Source: Candidatus Poriferihabitaceae bacterium (lineage in GTDB: Bacteria; Pseudomonadota; Gammaproteobacteria; Arenicellales; Poriferihabitantaceae). From it: 64,000 nucleotides of DNA. Positions 29,742 to 37,582 of this stretch are shown in pieces. The notes under the pieces were generated by a model, which searched no databases, was not told the origin of the DNA, and was given only the letters and a program-made list of their open reading frames with translations. Positions within the stretch are counted from its first letter, which is position 1. Every line of letters begins with the position of its first letter. Location of the stretch: contig OZ243931.1 in NCBI GenBank assembly GCA_965214055.1, forward strand, positions 462,195 to 526,194, read 5' to 3'. The position numbers and the translations under genes were made by a program.

Positions 29742-29990
29742 TGTTGTCTCTCCAGTCAAATAGTAATGTAACGTAGTAGTGTAACGGTTGGTTTCAGTGA
29801 ATCACCCCATGATCCAGACACTGCGCCGAGATTTTCACTGCACCGTTCATCATGAATCTCGATGAATCCCGGCCATGAATCTCGACGGCCATACAGTGCA
29901 TCAAACCAGCGTCTGCGAATCACACAGGGTCTGGACTATTTTAGCCTATTTTTGACAAAGCGCGTTCCGGGTGACCATCCTCCCCCGGTT

Positions 29991-31064
29991 TCACAATCGA
30001 ATATGGGTGGATGAGTTCAGGCTCTTCCGGGAACCCCGCCAGTGATCGATATGGTATTTTGTGAACGGCAGCCCCGTTCTTTCAAAAAATCGCGGCCAGC
30101 CGATCCGGTCAATCCAGTCATTTACCCTTTCCCAGTCTTTCGCGTCTTCCTTGTAGGTACGCAAAATCTGCTTGACGATGGCCGTCGCCTCCGGCCACCG
30201 TGGCGGATTGTTGGGAATTCCCGCCGCCACCAGCTTCTGAAAGGTCGGCTTGGACCGGGCATTGGAATGGTTTCCACCCACCCAGATTGCCAGCTTGGTG
30301 TGTTCCGGGTCATTGATCTGCATCGGCGGGCACGGGGGATAACAGGCACCACAGCAAATACACTTCTTCTCGTCCACCTCAAGGGTTGGCTTGCCATTGA
30401 CCACCGCCGGACGGATGGCAGCCACCGGGCAGCGGGCCACCACGGAAGGGCGTTCACATACATTCGACACCAGGTCATGGTTGATCTTGGGGGGCTTGGT
30501 ATGCTGGATATTGATGGCGATATCGCCCTGCCCTCCGCAGTTGATCTGGCAGCAGGAGGTGGTCATGTGGACCCGGTTGGGCATGTCGCAGTTTTTGAAC
30601 TCGTCAATGAGTTCGTCCATCATCGCCTTGACCACCCCGGATGCATCCGTACCGGGAATATCACAGTGCAGCCATCCCTGGGTATGGGAAATCATCGCCA
30701 GGGAATTCTTGGTTCCCCCGACCACGAAACCCGCCTCCTCCAGCGCATTGATCAGGGGCTGAACCCTGGCCGGGTCATCGACAAAATATTCAATGTTTGA
30801 ACGGATGGTGAAGCGCACATGCCCATCCGCATACCGGTCCCCGATGTCGCACAGTGTACGCAGGGTATACACATCCAGAATCCGCTGGGTGCCCGCCTTC
30901 ACGGTCCAGATTTCATCGCCGCTTTTCGCCGCATGCCTGAGGACACCCGGACGTGGATGGTCATGCCATTCCCACTGCCCGAAATTCTTCAGCATGACCG
31001 GATGCATGTACTGGAATCCATCCGGGCAGCCTGACTCAATGGGCATGCGCATTTGTTTCGCCAT
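29991..31064 (-). CDS. dsrB: Dissimilatory sulfite reductase beta subunit DsrB
   Basis: MAKQMRMPIESGCPD... has siroheme/[4Fe-4S] Cys motifs (TTSCCQINCGG) and a ferredoxin insert (CICCGACYPPCP). The ATG at 31064 has a GGAGGA RBS. The Arg-rich 44-codon upstream extension overlaps dsrA and was rejected. Confidence 0.9.
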   Translation of the reverse strand: MAKQMRMPIESGCPDGFQYMHPVMLKNFGQWEWHDHPRPGVLRHAAKSGDEIWTVKAGTQRILDVYTLRTLCDIGDRYADGHVRFTIRSNIEYFVDDPARVQPLINALEEAGFVVGGTKNSLAMISHTQGWLHCDIPGTDASGVVKAMMDELIDEFKNCDMPNRVHMTTSCCQINCGGQGDIAINIQHTKPPKINHDLVSNVCERPSVVARCPVAAIRPAVVNGKPTLEVDEKKCICCGACYPPCPPMQINDPEHTKLAIWVGGNHSNARSKPTFQKLVAAGIPNNPPRWPEATAIVKQILRTYKEDAKDWERVNDWIDRIGWPRFFERTGLPFTKYHIDHWRGSRKSLNSSTHIRL

Positions 31065-31083
31065 GGTTATTTCCTCCCGTTGC

Positions 31084-32403
31084 CTAAGCCGATTGACCTG
31101 CCGCCGATTGGCCCGCCGCCGATTGTTCCGCCCGTTTTTCTGCCCGCTTCTGAAACCACTCCCTGGCCTCGTCATCCCAGCCATCCGTGCGGACATAGGA
31201 GCTTTCCCGGGGGTGTGCGATCATGTTCGGATCCACATCCACGCCAATGCCTTCCAGAAAATTCACCAGGCCGATCCGCTCGATCATCTCGCCACAACGC
31301 TCGTGTTCCAGGCCATGCTCCGCCCAGAAATCAATGGTCTCTTCCGCCAGCTCCACCAGTCTTTCATAATCCTCTTCGGACTCCATTTTCATGAAGGGCA
31401 CGATGACGGTTCCCATCAGGTCACCGATCTTCAATGTTCGCTTGCCGCCAATCAGAACGGTGACCCCCTTGTCATCTCCCGGGCTCAGTGCCTTAGGCAC
31501 CACATTCAGGCAATGCATGCACTTCACGCAATCCGCATTGCTGATTTCCAGGGAGTCGTCGTCTTTCAGCGACATGCAGGAGGTGGGACACCGTGTGATG
31601 ATGTTGTCGATGACATGCTGACGGCCCTTTTCTTCCACATACTTTTTCCACTCCGGGGCATTGACCTTGATGTCGTCCCGCCAGGTACCGATTACCGCGA
31701 AGTCCGCCCGTTCGATGGAATTCGTACAGTCATTGGGACAGCCGGAAATCTTGAACTTGAACTTGTAGGGCAATGCCGGCCGGTGAACATCGTCGGTAAA
31801 ATTGTTGACCAGGGACCGGTGAACCTTGTGCTCATTGGTGCAGGACTGTTCGCACCGCGCCGAACCCACACAGGACATGGCGGTCCGCACACAGGGGCCC
31901 GCTCCGCCCAGGTCAAAACCATACTCATTGATCTCGTCAAAAAAGTGCTGGGTGTTTTTCGTGGTCGCCCCGATAAACATGATATTGCCGGTCTGACCGT
32001 GGAAGGTCACCAGCCCGGAGCCCCATTTTTCCCAGCTGTCCGCCAGCTCACGGAGGATGTCTGTGGTGTAGTGGTTGCCGGCAGGGGGCTGTACACGAAT
32101 CGTGTGGAACTCCCGGGATTTCGGGAATTGATCCCCGACTTCCGAGAATCGGGGAATAATCCCGCTGCCATACCCGTAGACGCTCACCGTGCCCCCTTTC
32201 CAATAGCCTTTCCGGGTTTCATAGGAATGCTCCAGCTGGCCCAGCAGATCATTGGCAACCCCCTGTACACGCTCGTCATCGTGGTCATTTCGGAGTTTCT
32301 TGATTCCGGATACGAAACTCGGCCAGGGCCCGGTTTCGAGATCGTCAAGCATTGGGGTATCATGCACGGAGACTTCAATCGGTTCGTCGGTTTTTTCAGT
32401 CAT
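31084..32403 (-). CDS. dsrA: Dissimilatory sulfite reductase alpha subunit DsrA
   Basis: 439 aa. TGPWPSFV..., Cys clusters (SCVGSARCEQSC, GCPNDC) and a ferredoxin insert (CVKCMHC) are present. It is followed by dsrB. Confidence 0.9.
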   Translation of the reverse strand: MTEKTDEPIEVSVHDTPMLDDLETGPWPSFVSGIKKLRNDHDDERVQGVANDLLGQLEHSYETRKGYWKGGTVSVYGYGSGIIPRFSEVGDQFPKSREFHTIRVQPPAGNHYTTDILRELADSWEKWGSGLVTFHGQTGNIMFIGATTKNTQHFFDEINEYGFDLGGAGPCVRTAMSCVGSARCEQSCTNEHKVHRSLVNNFTDDVHRPALPYKFKFKISGCPNDCTNSIERADFAVIGTWRDDIKVNAPEWKKYVEEKGRQHVIDNIITRCPTSCMSLKDDDSLEISNADCVKCMHCLNVVPKALSPGDDKGVTVLIGGKRTLKIGDLMGTVIVPFMKMESEEDYERLVELAEETIDFWAEHGLEHERCGEMIERIGLVNFLEGIGVDVDPNMIAHPRESSYVRTDGWDDEAREWFQKRAEKRAEQSAAGQSAAGQSA

Positions 32404-32464
32404 GCTGGTGGTCCCGTTTATCGCAAACAGCGAGCGAATGGATAAATATTAGTTTGATGGGCCT

Positions 32465-32470
32465 ATTTTA
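32465..32470 (-). promoter_or_regulatory. Candidate -10 box (TAAAAT on the minus strand) of the dsrA promoter
   Basis: The reverse complement of 32463-32471 is CTAAAATAG, about 60 nt upstream of the dsrA ATG. It is bracketed by the inverted repeat ATGGGCC/GGCCCAT. The same 9-mer occurs upstream of dsrC at 29936-29944. Confidence 0.3.
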
Positions 32471-32632
32471 GAAGCGGGCCCATGGATAAAACACTGCCCT
32501 GTAGAGTATTGCACATCCCCCATCGGAGATATACCGAATTACCGCTGTAATCCCCGGCGGCTCCTGTGTCACAATTTCCCCCCTTCCCACTGCAGGAAGA
32601 CCGAACATTCATCGCAACCCGAGAACCTTTTC

Positions 32633-33502
32633 ATGTCCGATTGTCCCTATTCCCTGGAGACCAGCACGGCCTACGAGAAGTGGCGCGACCGGAAACTCGG
32701 GGACTACCCCGGGAAAACACAGGACCTGCTGACAGAAATCCGGAACCCGGGGAATCTGACCAGGGGGGAAATCCATTCGATCCGGAAAACCGTCGGACTG
32801 ACCAACTTTGCCCTGTACCAGAGCCGTTGTGCCCTGGACAAGGACGGCCTGGTGGATTTCGCAGCGCAACTCGGATTACGCCATATTGTGTCGAACCCCG
32901 GAGCTGACCATCGCGGAATCAGCACACTCCGGGTCAATCCCGCCGACCCGGAATCCCGATACATTCCCTATGGCAACCAACCCCTGAACTGGCATACGGA
33001 CGGCTACTACAATCCCCGCAGCACCATGGTCCGCTCCTTTGTCCTGCACTGCGCGAGTCCAGCAGCCACCGGGGGAGGCAACCGCATACTGGATCATGAA
33101 ATCGCCTATATCCGGCTCCGCGATGAGAATCCCGACTTCATCCGGGCCCTGATGCACCCGGAGGCGATGTGTATTCCGGCAAACGTAAGCGGGGAGGAAG
33201 TCATTCGGACCAACACGGTGGGACCCGTTTTTTCGCTGGGCCGCCGCGGCCACCTGAATATGCGCTACACCGCCCGAACACGATCCATCCAGTGGAAGAA
33301 AGAACCGGTCCTGGATCTGGCCCGACAGCGAATTGCCGCTTTTCTTGAGCAATCTGATTTCATCTTTTCCCATACCCTGGAGGCAGGCCAGGGCCTGGTG
33401 TGCAATAATGTGCTGCATGCCCGAACCGGATTTGCCGACTCGGCCAGCCAGGCCCGGCTCATTTATCGCGCCCGGTATACCGACCGGGTGGAAACCCCCT
33501 GA
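32633..33502 (+). CDS. TauD/TfdA-family Fe(II)/2-oxoglutarate-dependent dioxygenase-like protein
   Basis: 289 aa. NWHTDGYY supplies the HxD of the 2-His-1-carboxylate facial triad, and a distal His lies in NNVLHARTGF. Overall length and pattern are typical of the family. Confidence 0.75.
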   Translation: MSDCPYSLETSTAYEKWRDRKLGDYPGKTQDLLTEIRNPGNLTRGEIHSIRKTVGLTNFALYQSRCALDKDGLVDFAAQLGLRHIVSNPGADHRGISTLRVNPADPESRYIPYGNQPLNWHTDGYYNPRSTMVRSFVLHCASPAATGGGNRILDHEIAYIRLRDENPDFIRALMHPEAMCIPANVSGEEVIRTNTVGPVFSLGRRGHLNMRYTARTRSIQWKKEPVLDLARQRIAAFLEQSDFIFSHTLEAGQGLVCNNVLHARTGFADSASQARLIYRARYTDRVETP

Positions 33503-33508
33503 TTATTC

Positions 33509-34210
33509 ATGATGCCCAGACAGATTTTTGATTTCGGCGCGGAAACCGGCCAGGATGCTGTCCTGTCCCCCGCGGTACTGCAGTCCCGGGTCGATGCCAT
33601 TGACCGGCAGATCCGGGAACTTGATCCGAATACCGAAGACCACCGGATGACCCGGGCCCGACTGGAAAAGGAAGGGGCCCGGGTACTGCTTGACTTGATG
33701 CGAAACAAACTGGCCTGGGACAGGGCGCGTCCGCTGTTTGACACGTTCTTTCACGCACGAAGCTGGGAAGATGCCATCGAAATCTGTGAAATCCTGTTCC
33801 GGTGCAACCAGGCCCAAAGTATCCCGGCTTTGGGTCAGGGGGTGTGGCTGTCCGTGACCTTTCCCGTGGACCCGGCCATCACCCTGTCCATGCTGCAGTA
33901 TGTCATTGACGAAACCCCTCCCGAAGCCGATGGAGCTGCGGTGGCCGCAGCCACCGCGGTTCATGTCTACCATCTGCGCAAGGACCCGGCGAAACATGAC
34001 GACCTGTACGTGGATGTCATGCAAATGCTGACAACCGTCGGCCGAAGGCATGCCGATGTGCACGACCAGGCCGATTTCGACGCCTGGATTGTGCGCATGG
34101 AACTGGACAACCCGGAAAAATTCCTGGTCAGGCTTCGCAATGTGATTGATGTGCTGGTACAGGATGAATGGTGGTTTGACCGCGAGCAGGTGCAGTCCAC
34201 GCTGCCCTGA
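33509..34210 (+). CDS. Hypothetical protein (233 aa, soluble, no recognised domain)
   Basis: It has a protein-like composition. It starts 6 nt after the TauD-like stop and ends 20 nt before the Cas6-like start. Confidence 0.6.
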   Translation: MMPRQIFDFGAETGQDAVLSPAVLQSRVDAIDRQIRELDPNTEDHRMTRARLEKEGARVLLDLMRNKLAWDRARPLFDTFFHARSWEDAIEICEILFRCNQAQSIPALGQGVWLSVTFPVDPAITLSMLQYVIDETPPEADGAAVAAATAVHVYHLRKDPAKHDDLYVDVMQMLTTVGRRHADVHDQADFDAWIVRMELDNPEKFLVRLRNVIDVLVQDEWWFDREQVQSTLP

Positions 34211-34230
34211 AACCACCCCCACGGATCACC

Positions 34231-34911
34231 ATGCACTGGGCAGAAGACAAGCCTTCCGACGGCACCGCGGTTTCACACCGCCTCCAGGACCTGTCCTTTC
34301 GGATTCGTGCCGCAACGCTGCCCCTGGATCACGCGAGTGCCCTGTCCGAAGCCGTGATTGAACAATTGCCCTGGCTCACCGACGAACCCGGGGCCGGCAT
34401 TCATCCCATCCACTATCCACAGTCCGGCAGCGGATGGACCCGGCAGGAGGATTCACCGGGAGAAATGTTCTTTGTCTCCAACCGGTCCCGCCTGAAATTG
34501 CGATTGCCGATCCCCCGATTGGCGGAGGCCTCCTCACTTTCCGGGCAGGTGCTTGACCTGGACGGTCACCGGCTGACCGTGGGCAAATCCCGGTCATTCC
34601 CCCTGCGCATGTCTGCGACCCTGTTCGCCCGGCGGGTAATTTTCGATGCCAGCGAGTCCGAAGACATTTTTGTGAACCGCATTGCCGGGGTGCTGGGCAA
34701 GGCAGGCATCACCGCAAGAAAAATATTGTGCGGCCGGGACAGGCGGTTGTATCGCAACGCCGAACCCATCCCGGTCAGGAGTGTCCTGCTCGCCGACCTG
34801 GGGGCCGAAGACTCCATCAAACTGCAGGAAGCGGGACTGGGGCCCGGGAGACTATACGGTTGCGGATTGTTTCTCCCTCATAAAAGCATCACTTCCACCG
34901 GCATGGTGTGA
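34231..34911 (+). CDS. Cas6/Cmx6-like RAMP-superfamily protein (type I-MYXAN Cas6 family), orphan
   Basis: The C-terminal GLGPGRLYGCGLFLPHK fits the RAMP glycine-rich loop GhGxxxxxGhG. The N-terminal pattern (DLSFRIRAATLPLDHASALSEAV...LPW...GIHPIH...SGSGW) matches my recollection of Cmx6-family proteins. Confidence 0.6.
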   Translation: MHWAEDKPSDGTAVSHRLQDLSFRIRAATLPLDHASALSEAVIEQLPWLTDEPGAGIHPIHYPQSGSGWTRQEDSPGEMFFVSNRSRLKLRLPIPRLAEASSLSGQVLDLDGHRLTVGKSRSFPLRMSATLFARRVIFDASESEDIFVNRIAGVLGKAGITARKILCGRDRRLYRNAEPIPVRSVLLADLGAEDSIKLQEAGLGPGRLYGCGLFLPHKSITSTGMV

Positions 34912-34914
34912 ACT

Positions 34915-34950
34915 GAAGACCGGACAGGACAGCCTACGGGCCGGTTCTTC
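34915..34950. terminator. Hairpin between convergent genes (possible bidirectional terminator)
   Basis: GAAGACCGG...CCGGTTCTTC forms a 9-bp stem with one bulge and a 17-nt loop. It fills the 37-bp gap and overlaps the dehydrogenase stop codon. There is no clear U-tract. Confidence 0.35.
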
Positions 34951-35917
34951 AGGCCACCCGGTCCCGGGGTTCACTGCCTGCAAAAAAGGCATCGAGATTG
35001 TCCAGGGCCCGGAATCCCATGGCATCCCGTGTGTCGAGAGTCGCGCTGCCGATATGGGGCAGCATGAATATATTCTCATATCCTGAAAATGCCGGGTTAC
35101 CCCCGGGTTCCGTGGCGAAACAGTCCAGCCCGGCTCCCGCTATCTTTCCGGAAGCCACGGCATCAAGCAACGCGGATTCCTCAATCAGGGCACCCCGTGC
35201 CGTGTTGACCACAATCGCACCGTCCGGCAATTTTGAAATCGTTTCGCGATTCAGGATTCCCGCGGTTTCCGGGGTGGCGGGGCAGTGCAACGAAAGAAAC
35301 TGGGACACTCCCAGCAAGGAGTGGAGATTTTCATGGTAGATGGCATCCTGTTCCAGATCCCGGGCCAGGCGCGACCGATTGTGGTAGTGCACTTCCATTC
35401 CAAATCCCCTGGCGCGTTGTGCCATCACACGGCCGACCTTTCCCAGTCCAACGATTCCCAGACGCTTGCCGGTTACCTGGTGCCCAACCAGGAATGACGG
35501 ACTCCAGTGCGACCATTTCCCGGTGCGAACCAGTCGGTCCCCTTCCACCGCCTTTCTCGCTACCCCAAGGAGCAGTAGCATGGCAATTTCCGCGGTGGCA
35601 TCCGACAGGACATCCGGGGTGTTGGTGACCACAATGCCCCGGTCCCGGAAAGCCTCCAGGTCGCAATGATCCACCCCGACAGAATGATTGGCAACGATCC
35701 GGGTGCGTTTTCCCATGCTGGACACGACCCCGGCATCAAAAATCTCCGAATGGCAGGGCAGGATGGCATCCACACGATGGCTCATGGCAATGATTTCCTC
35801 CGAAGAGTTCAGGGTATCTTCGGGATTCAGCAGGACTTCGTAATCCCGGGCCGCCCGGGCTTCCGTGTTGGGGGAGAGCCTGCGGGAAATCCACAGGACC
35901 GGTTTGCCCGACATCAT
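34949..35917 (-). CDS. D-isomer-specific 2-hydroxyacid dehydrogenase (glyoxylate/hydroxypyruvate reductase-like)
   Basis: The NAD-binding motif GIVGLGKVGRVMAQRA and the catalytic region (TARG...D...LPHIGSAT) are typical of the family. Confidence 0.9.
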   Translation of the reverse strand: MMSGKPVLWISRRLSPNTEARAARDYEVLLNPEDTLNSSEEIIAMSHRVDAILPCHSEIFDAGVVSSMGKRTRIVANHSVGVDHCDLEAFRDRGIVVTNTPDVLSDATAEIAMLLLLGVARKAVEGDRLVRTGKWSHWSPSFLVGHQVTGKRLGIVGLGKVGRVMAQRARGFGMEVHYHNRSRLARDLEQDAIYHENLHSLLGVSQFLSLHCPATPETAGILNRETISKLPDGAIVVNTARGALIEESALLDAVASGKIAGAGLDCFATEPGGNPAFSGYENIFMLPHIGSATLDTRDAMGFRALDNLDAFFAGSEPRDRVA

Positions 35918-35974
35918 GAACCGGGGGGGCGGGGGCGTGATCGCAACAGGAAGGGACCCAATGGCCGGATCCCC

Positions 35975-36178
35975 CTATTTTTTATATTTTCGAACACATT
36001 CGTCCCAGAAATCATACACCACCATGGCCAGGACCACGACGACAATAACGAAAAATGGCAGTCCCCCGAAAAAGCCGGCGAATCCGGTGGAGATACTGTG
36101 GGACAGGCCCACCACAAACATCGATACCAGTGCTACACCAATCAATCCTGTGATGAGTTTTGCCAGGCCAGAGATCAT
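35975..36178 (-). CDS. Small (67 aa) two-TM membrane protein, hypothetical
   Basis: Two strongly hydrophobic segments are present. It is wedged 16 nt after the amidase stop on the same strand. Confidence 0.45.
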   Translation of the reverse strand: MISGLAKLITGLIGVALVSMFVVGLSHSISTGFAGFFGGLPFFVIVVVVLAMVVYDFWDECVRKYKK

Positions 36179-36193
36179 CGTTTACGTCCCGTT

Positions 36194-37570
36194 TCAGGTT
36201 TCGGTTGAGTATACCGGTTCTTCATCCATTTCGCTTTGCAGGGACTCCAGCAGCCATCTCGCTGTCCGAAACAGGCGGTCATCCTCGGTTTCGCCTCCGA
36301 CAAGCTGAACTCCCATGGGCAGACCCTGGTTGCCCGTCAGCAATGGCAGCGACAGGCATGGCAACCCGCACAACGTCCAGATTGTGCAGCAGATGGGGTC
36401 TCCGGTTCCTTCCCCAAACCGGGGGGCCTCTCCGGTTGCAGACGGGGTCAATATGGCATCGTAGTCATTGAAAAACTGTCGAAACCACGGTATGGCCGCC
36501 TCCCGGGTCTCCAGGGCTTCGCGGTACTGGTCATCGGAAATCCTACCGGCAATCTTCATGGAGGCCTTGAGGGTATCACTGACCTGATCGCCATGATGCA
36601 CTCTTTCGTCATGCAGGCAGCGATACAGCTCATACCCGTAGATGACCCGGTGGCATTCGATCAATACCGCAAACGACCGGGGAGCGGGAATGGTTTCAAT
36701 CTGCCCCCCCAGCGCCTGGATGACTTCCCGGCATCCCGCTGCACAATCCTCGGCGTATCGGTTGGCATACGGCAGATCGATCCATACAAAATTGGGCTCA
36801 ACGGGCACCTCGGACCAATAGCCCTGGAGGTTTCCGGGACGGGGAGCGAGGTACGTCGCGTCATCGTTCGCATCGTATCCTCCAAGGACATCACACAGGA
36901 GTGCCGCGTCCTCCGGATTCCGGGCAAACAGGCCCAGCTGGTCCAGGGTGGAAGAGGTCTGAAACACGCCCCGCCTGGAAAGAATCCCGCGGCTGGGCTT
37001 GAACCCGTACACGCCGCAATACGACGCGGGCCGGATCACGGAACCATTGGTCTGGCTGCCAATGGCCAGGGGAACATGCCCGGCGGCCACCGCGGCAGCG
37101 GACCCGCTGGAAGACCCGCCCGGGCTGAACTGACTGTTGTAAGGATTCCGCGTGGCCCCGGCCTGCATGTAGGCAAACTCGGTGGTCACGGTCTTGCCGA
37201 GAATCACCGCACCGGCTTCCCGCAGCTTTTCAACCACTGCACAATCGGCCCCGGGCTGCCTGCCCCGGTACACCGGTGAACCACATTCAGTGGGATAAAA
37301 GACGGTATCGAAGATGTCCTTGACGCCGACGGGTATTCCGTGAAGCCTGCCCAGCGGTTTGCCCCGGCGGCGCAGGTCATCCATCGCCCTGGCCTGCTCC
37401 AGGGCACACTCCGGGTCCAGATGGGCCCAGGCCCGGATTTCAGGTTCGGTGGCATCAATCCGGTTGAGGCAATTTTCAACCAGCTTCTCCGAGTACAGGG
37501 AACCTTCGCAAATCGCCCGAACACACTGCCGGACCCCATTGGGTTCGTTTCCCGCAGCTTTACTCATCAC
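36194..37570 (-). CDS. Amidase (amidase-signature family)
   Basis: It carries the AS signature GGSSSGSAAAVAAG and the upstream K...S-cis-S context (GIPVGVKD). Confidence 0.9.
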   Translation of the reverse strand: MMSKAAGNEPNGVRQCVRAICEGSLYSEKLVENCLNRIDATEPEIRAWAHLDPECALEQARAMDDLRRRGKPLGRLHGIPVGVKDIFDTVFYPTECGSPVYRGRQPGADCAVVEKLREAGAVILGKTVTTEFAYMQAGATRNPYNSQFSPGGSSSGSAAAVAAGHVPLAIGSQTNGSVIRPASYCGVYGFKPSRGILSRRGVFQTSSTLDQLGLFARNPEDAALLCDVLGGYDANDDATYLAPRPGNLQGYWSEVPVEPNFVWIDLPYANRYAEDCAAGCREVIQALGGQIETIPAPRSFAVLIECHRVIYGYELYRCLHDERVHHGDQVSDTLKASMKIAGRISDDQYREALETREAAIPWFRQFFNDYDAILTPSATGEAPRFGEGTGDPICCTIWTLCGLPCLSLPLLTGNQGLPMGVQLVGGETEDDRLFRTARWLLESLQSEMDEEPVYSTET

Positions 37571-37582
37571 GCATCCACCGGA

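Noticed and set aside
29952-29957. A perfect TTGACA -35 hexamer on the plus strand just downstream of dsrB
   Set aside because: No -10-like hexamer follows at 16-18 bp on that strand. There is no plus-strand gene to drive, so it is likely fortuitous.
31065-31196. A 44-codon N-terminal extension of dsrB (MSARMAGMTRPGSGFRSGQKNGRNNRRRANRRQVNRLRQREEIT)
   Set aside because: It overlaps the 3' end of dsrA and is an Arg-rich artefact of the short tandem repeat. The internal ATG at 31064 has a strong GGAGGA RBS and gives a canonical DsrB N-terminus.
19573-32403. The dsr locus as a genomic island integrated at tRNA-Ser
   Set aside because: There is no integrase or other mobility gene. I found no direct repeat of the tRNA 3' end downstream and no obvious compositional break, so adjacency alone is not evidence.
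34912-34948. A CRISPR array or leader next to the Cas6/Cmx6-like gene
   Set aside because: The gene is followed after 37 bp by a convergent dehydrogenase gene. No regularly spaced direct repeats are visible here or anywhere else in the window.
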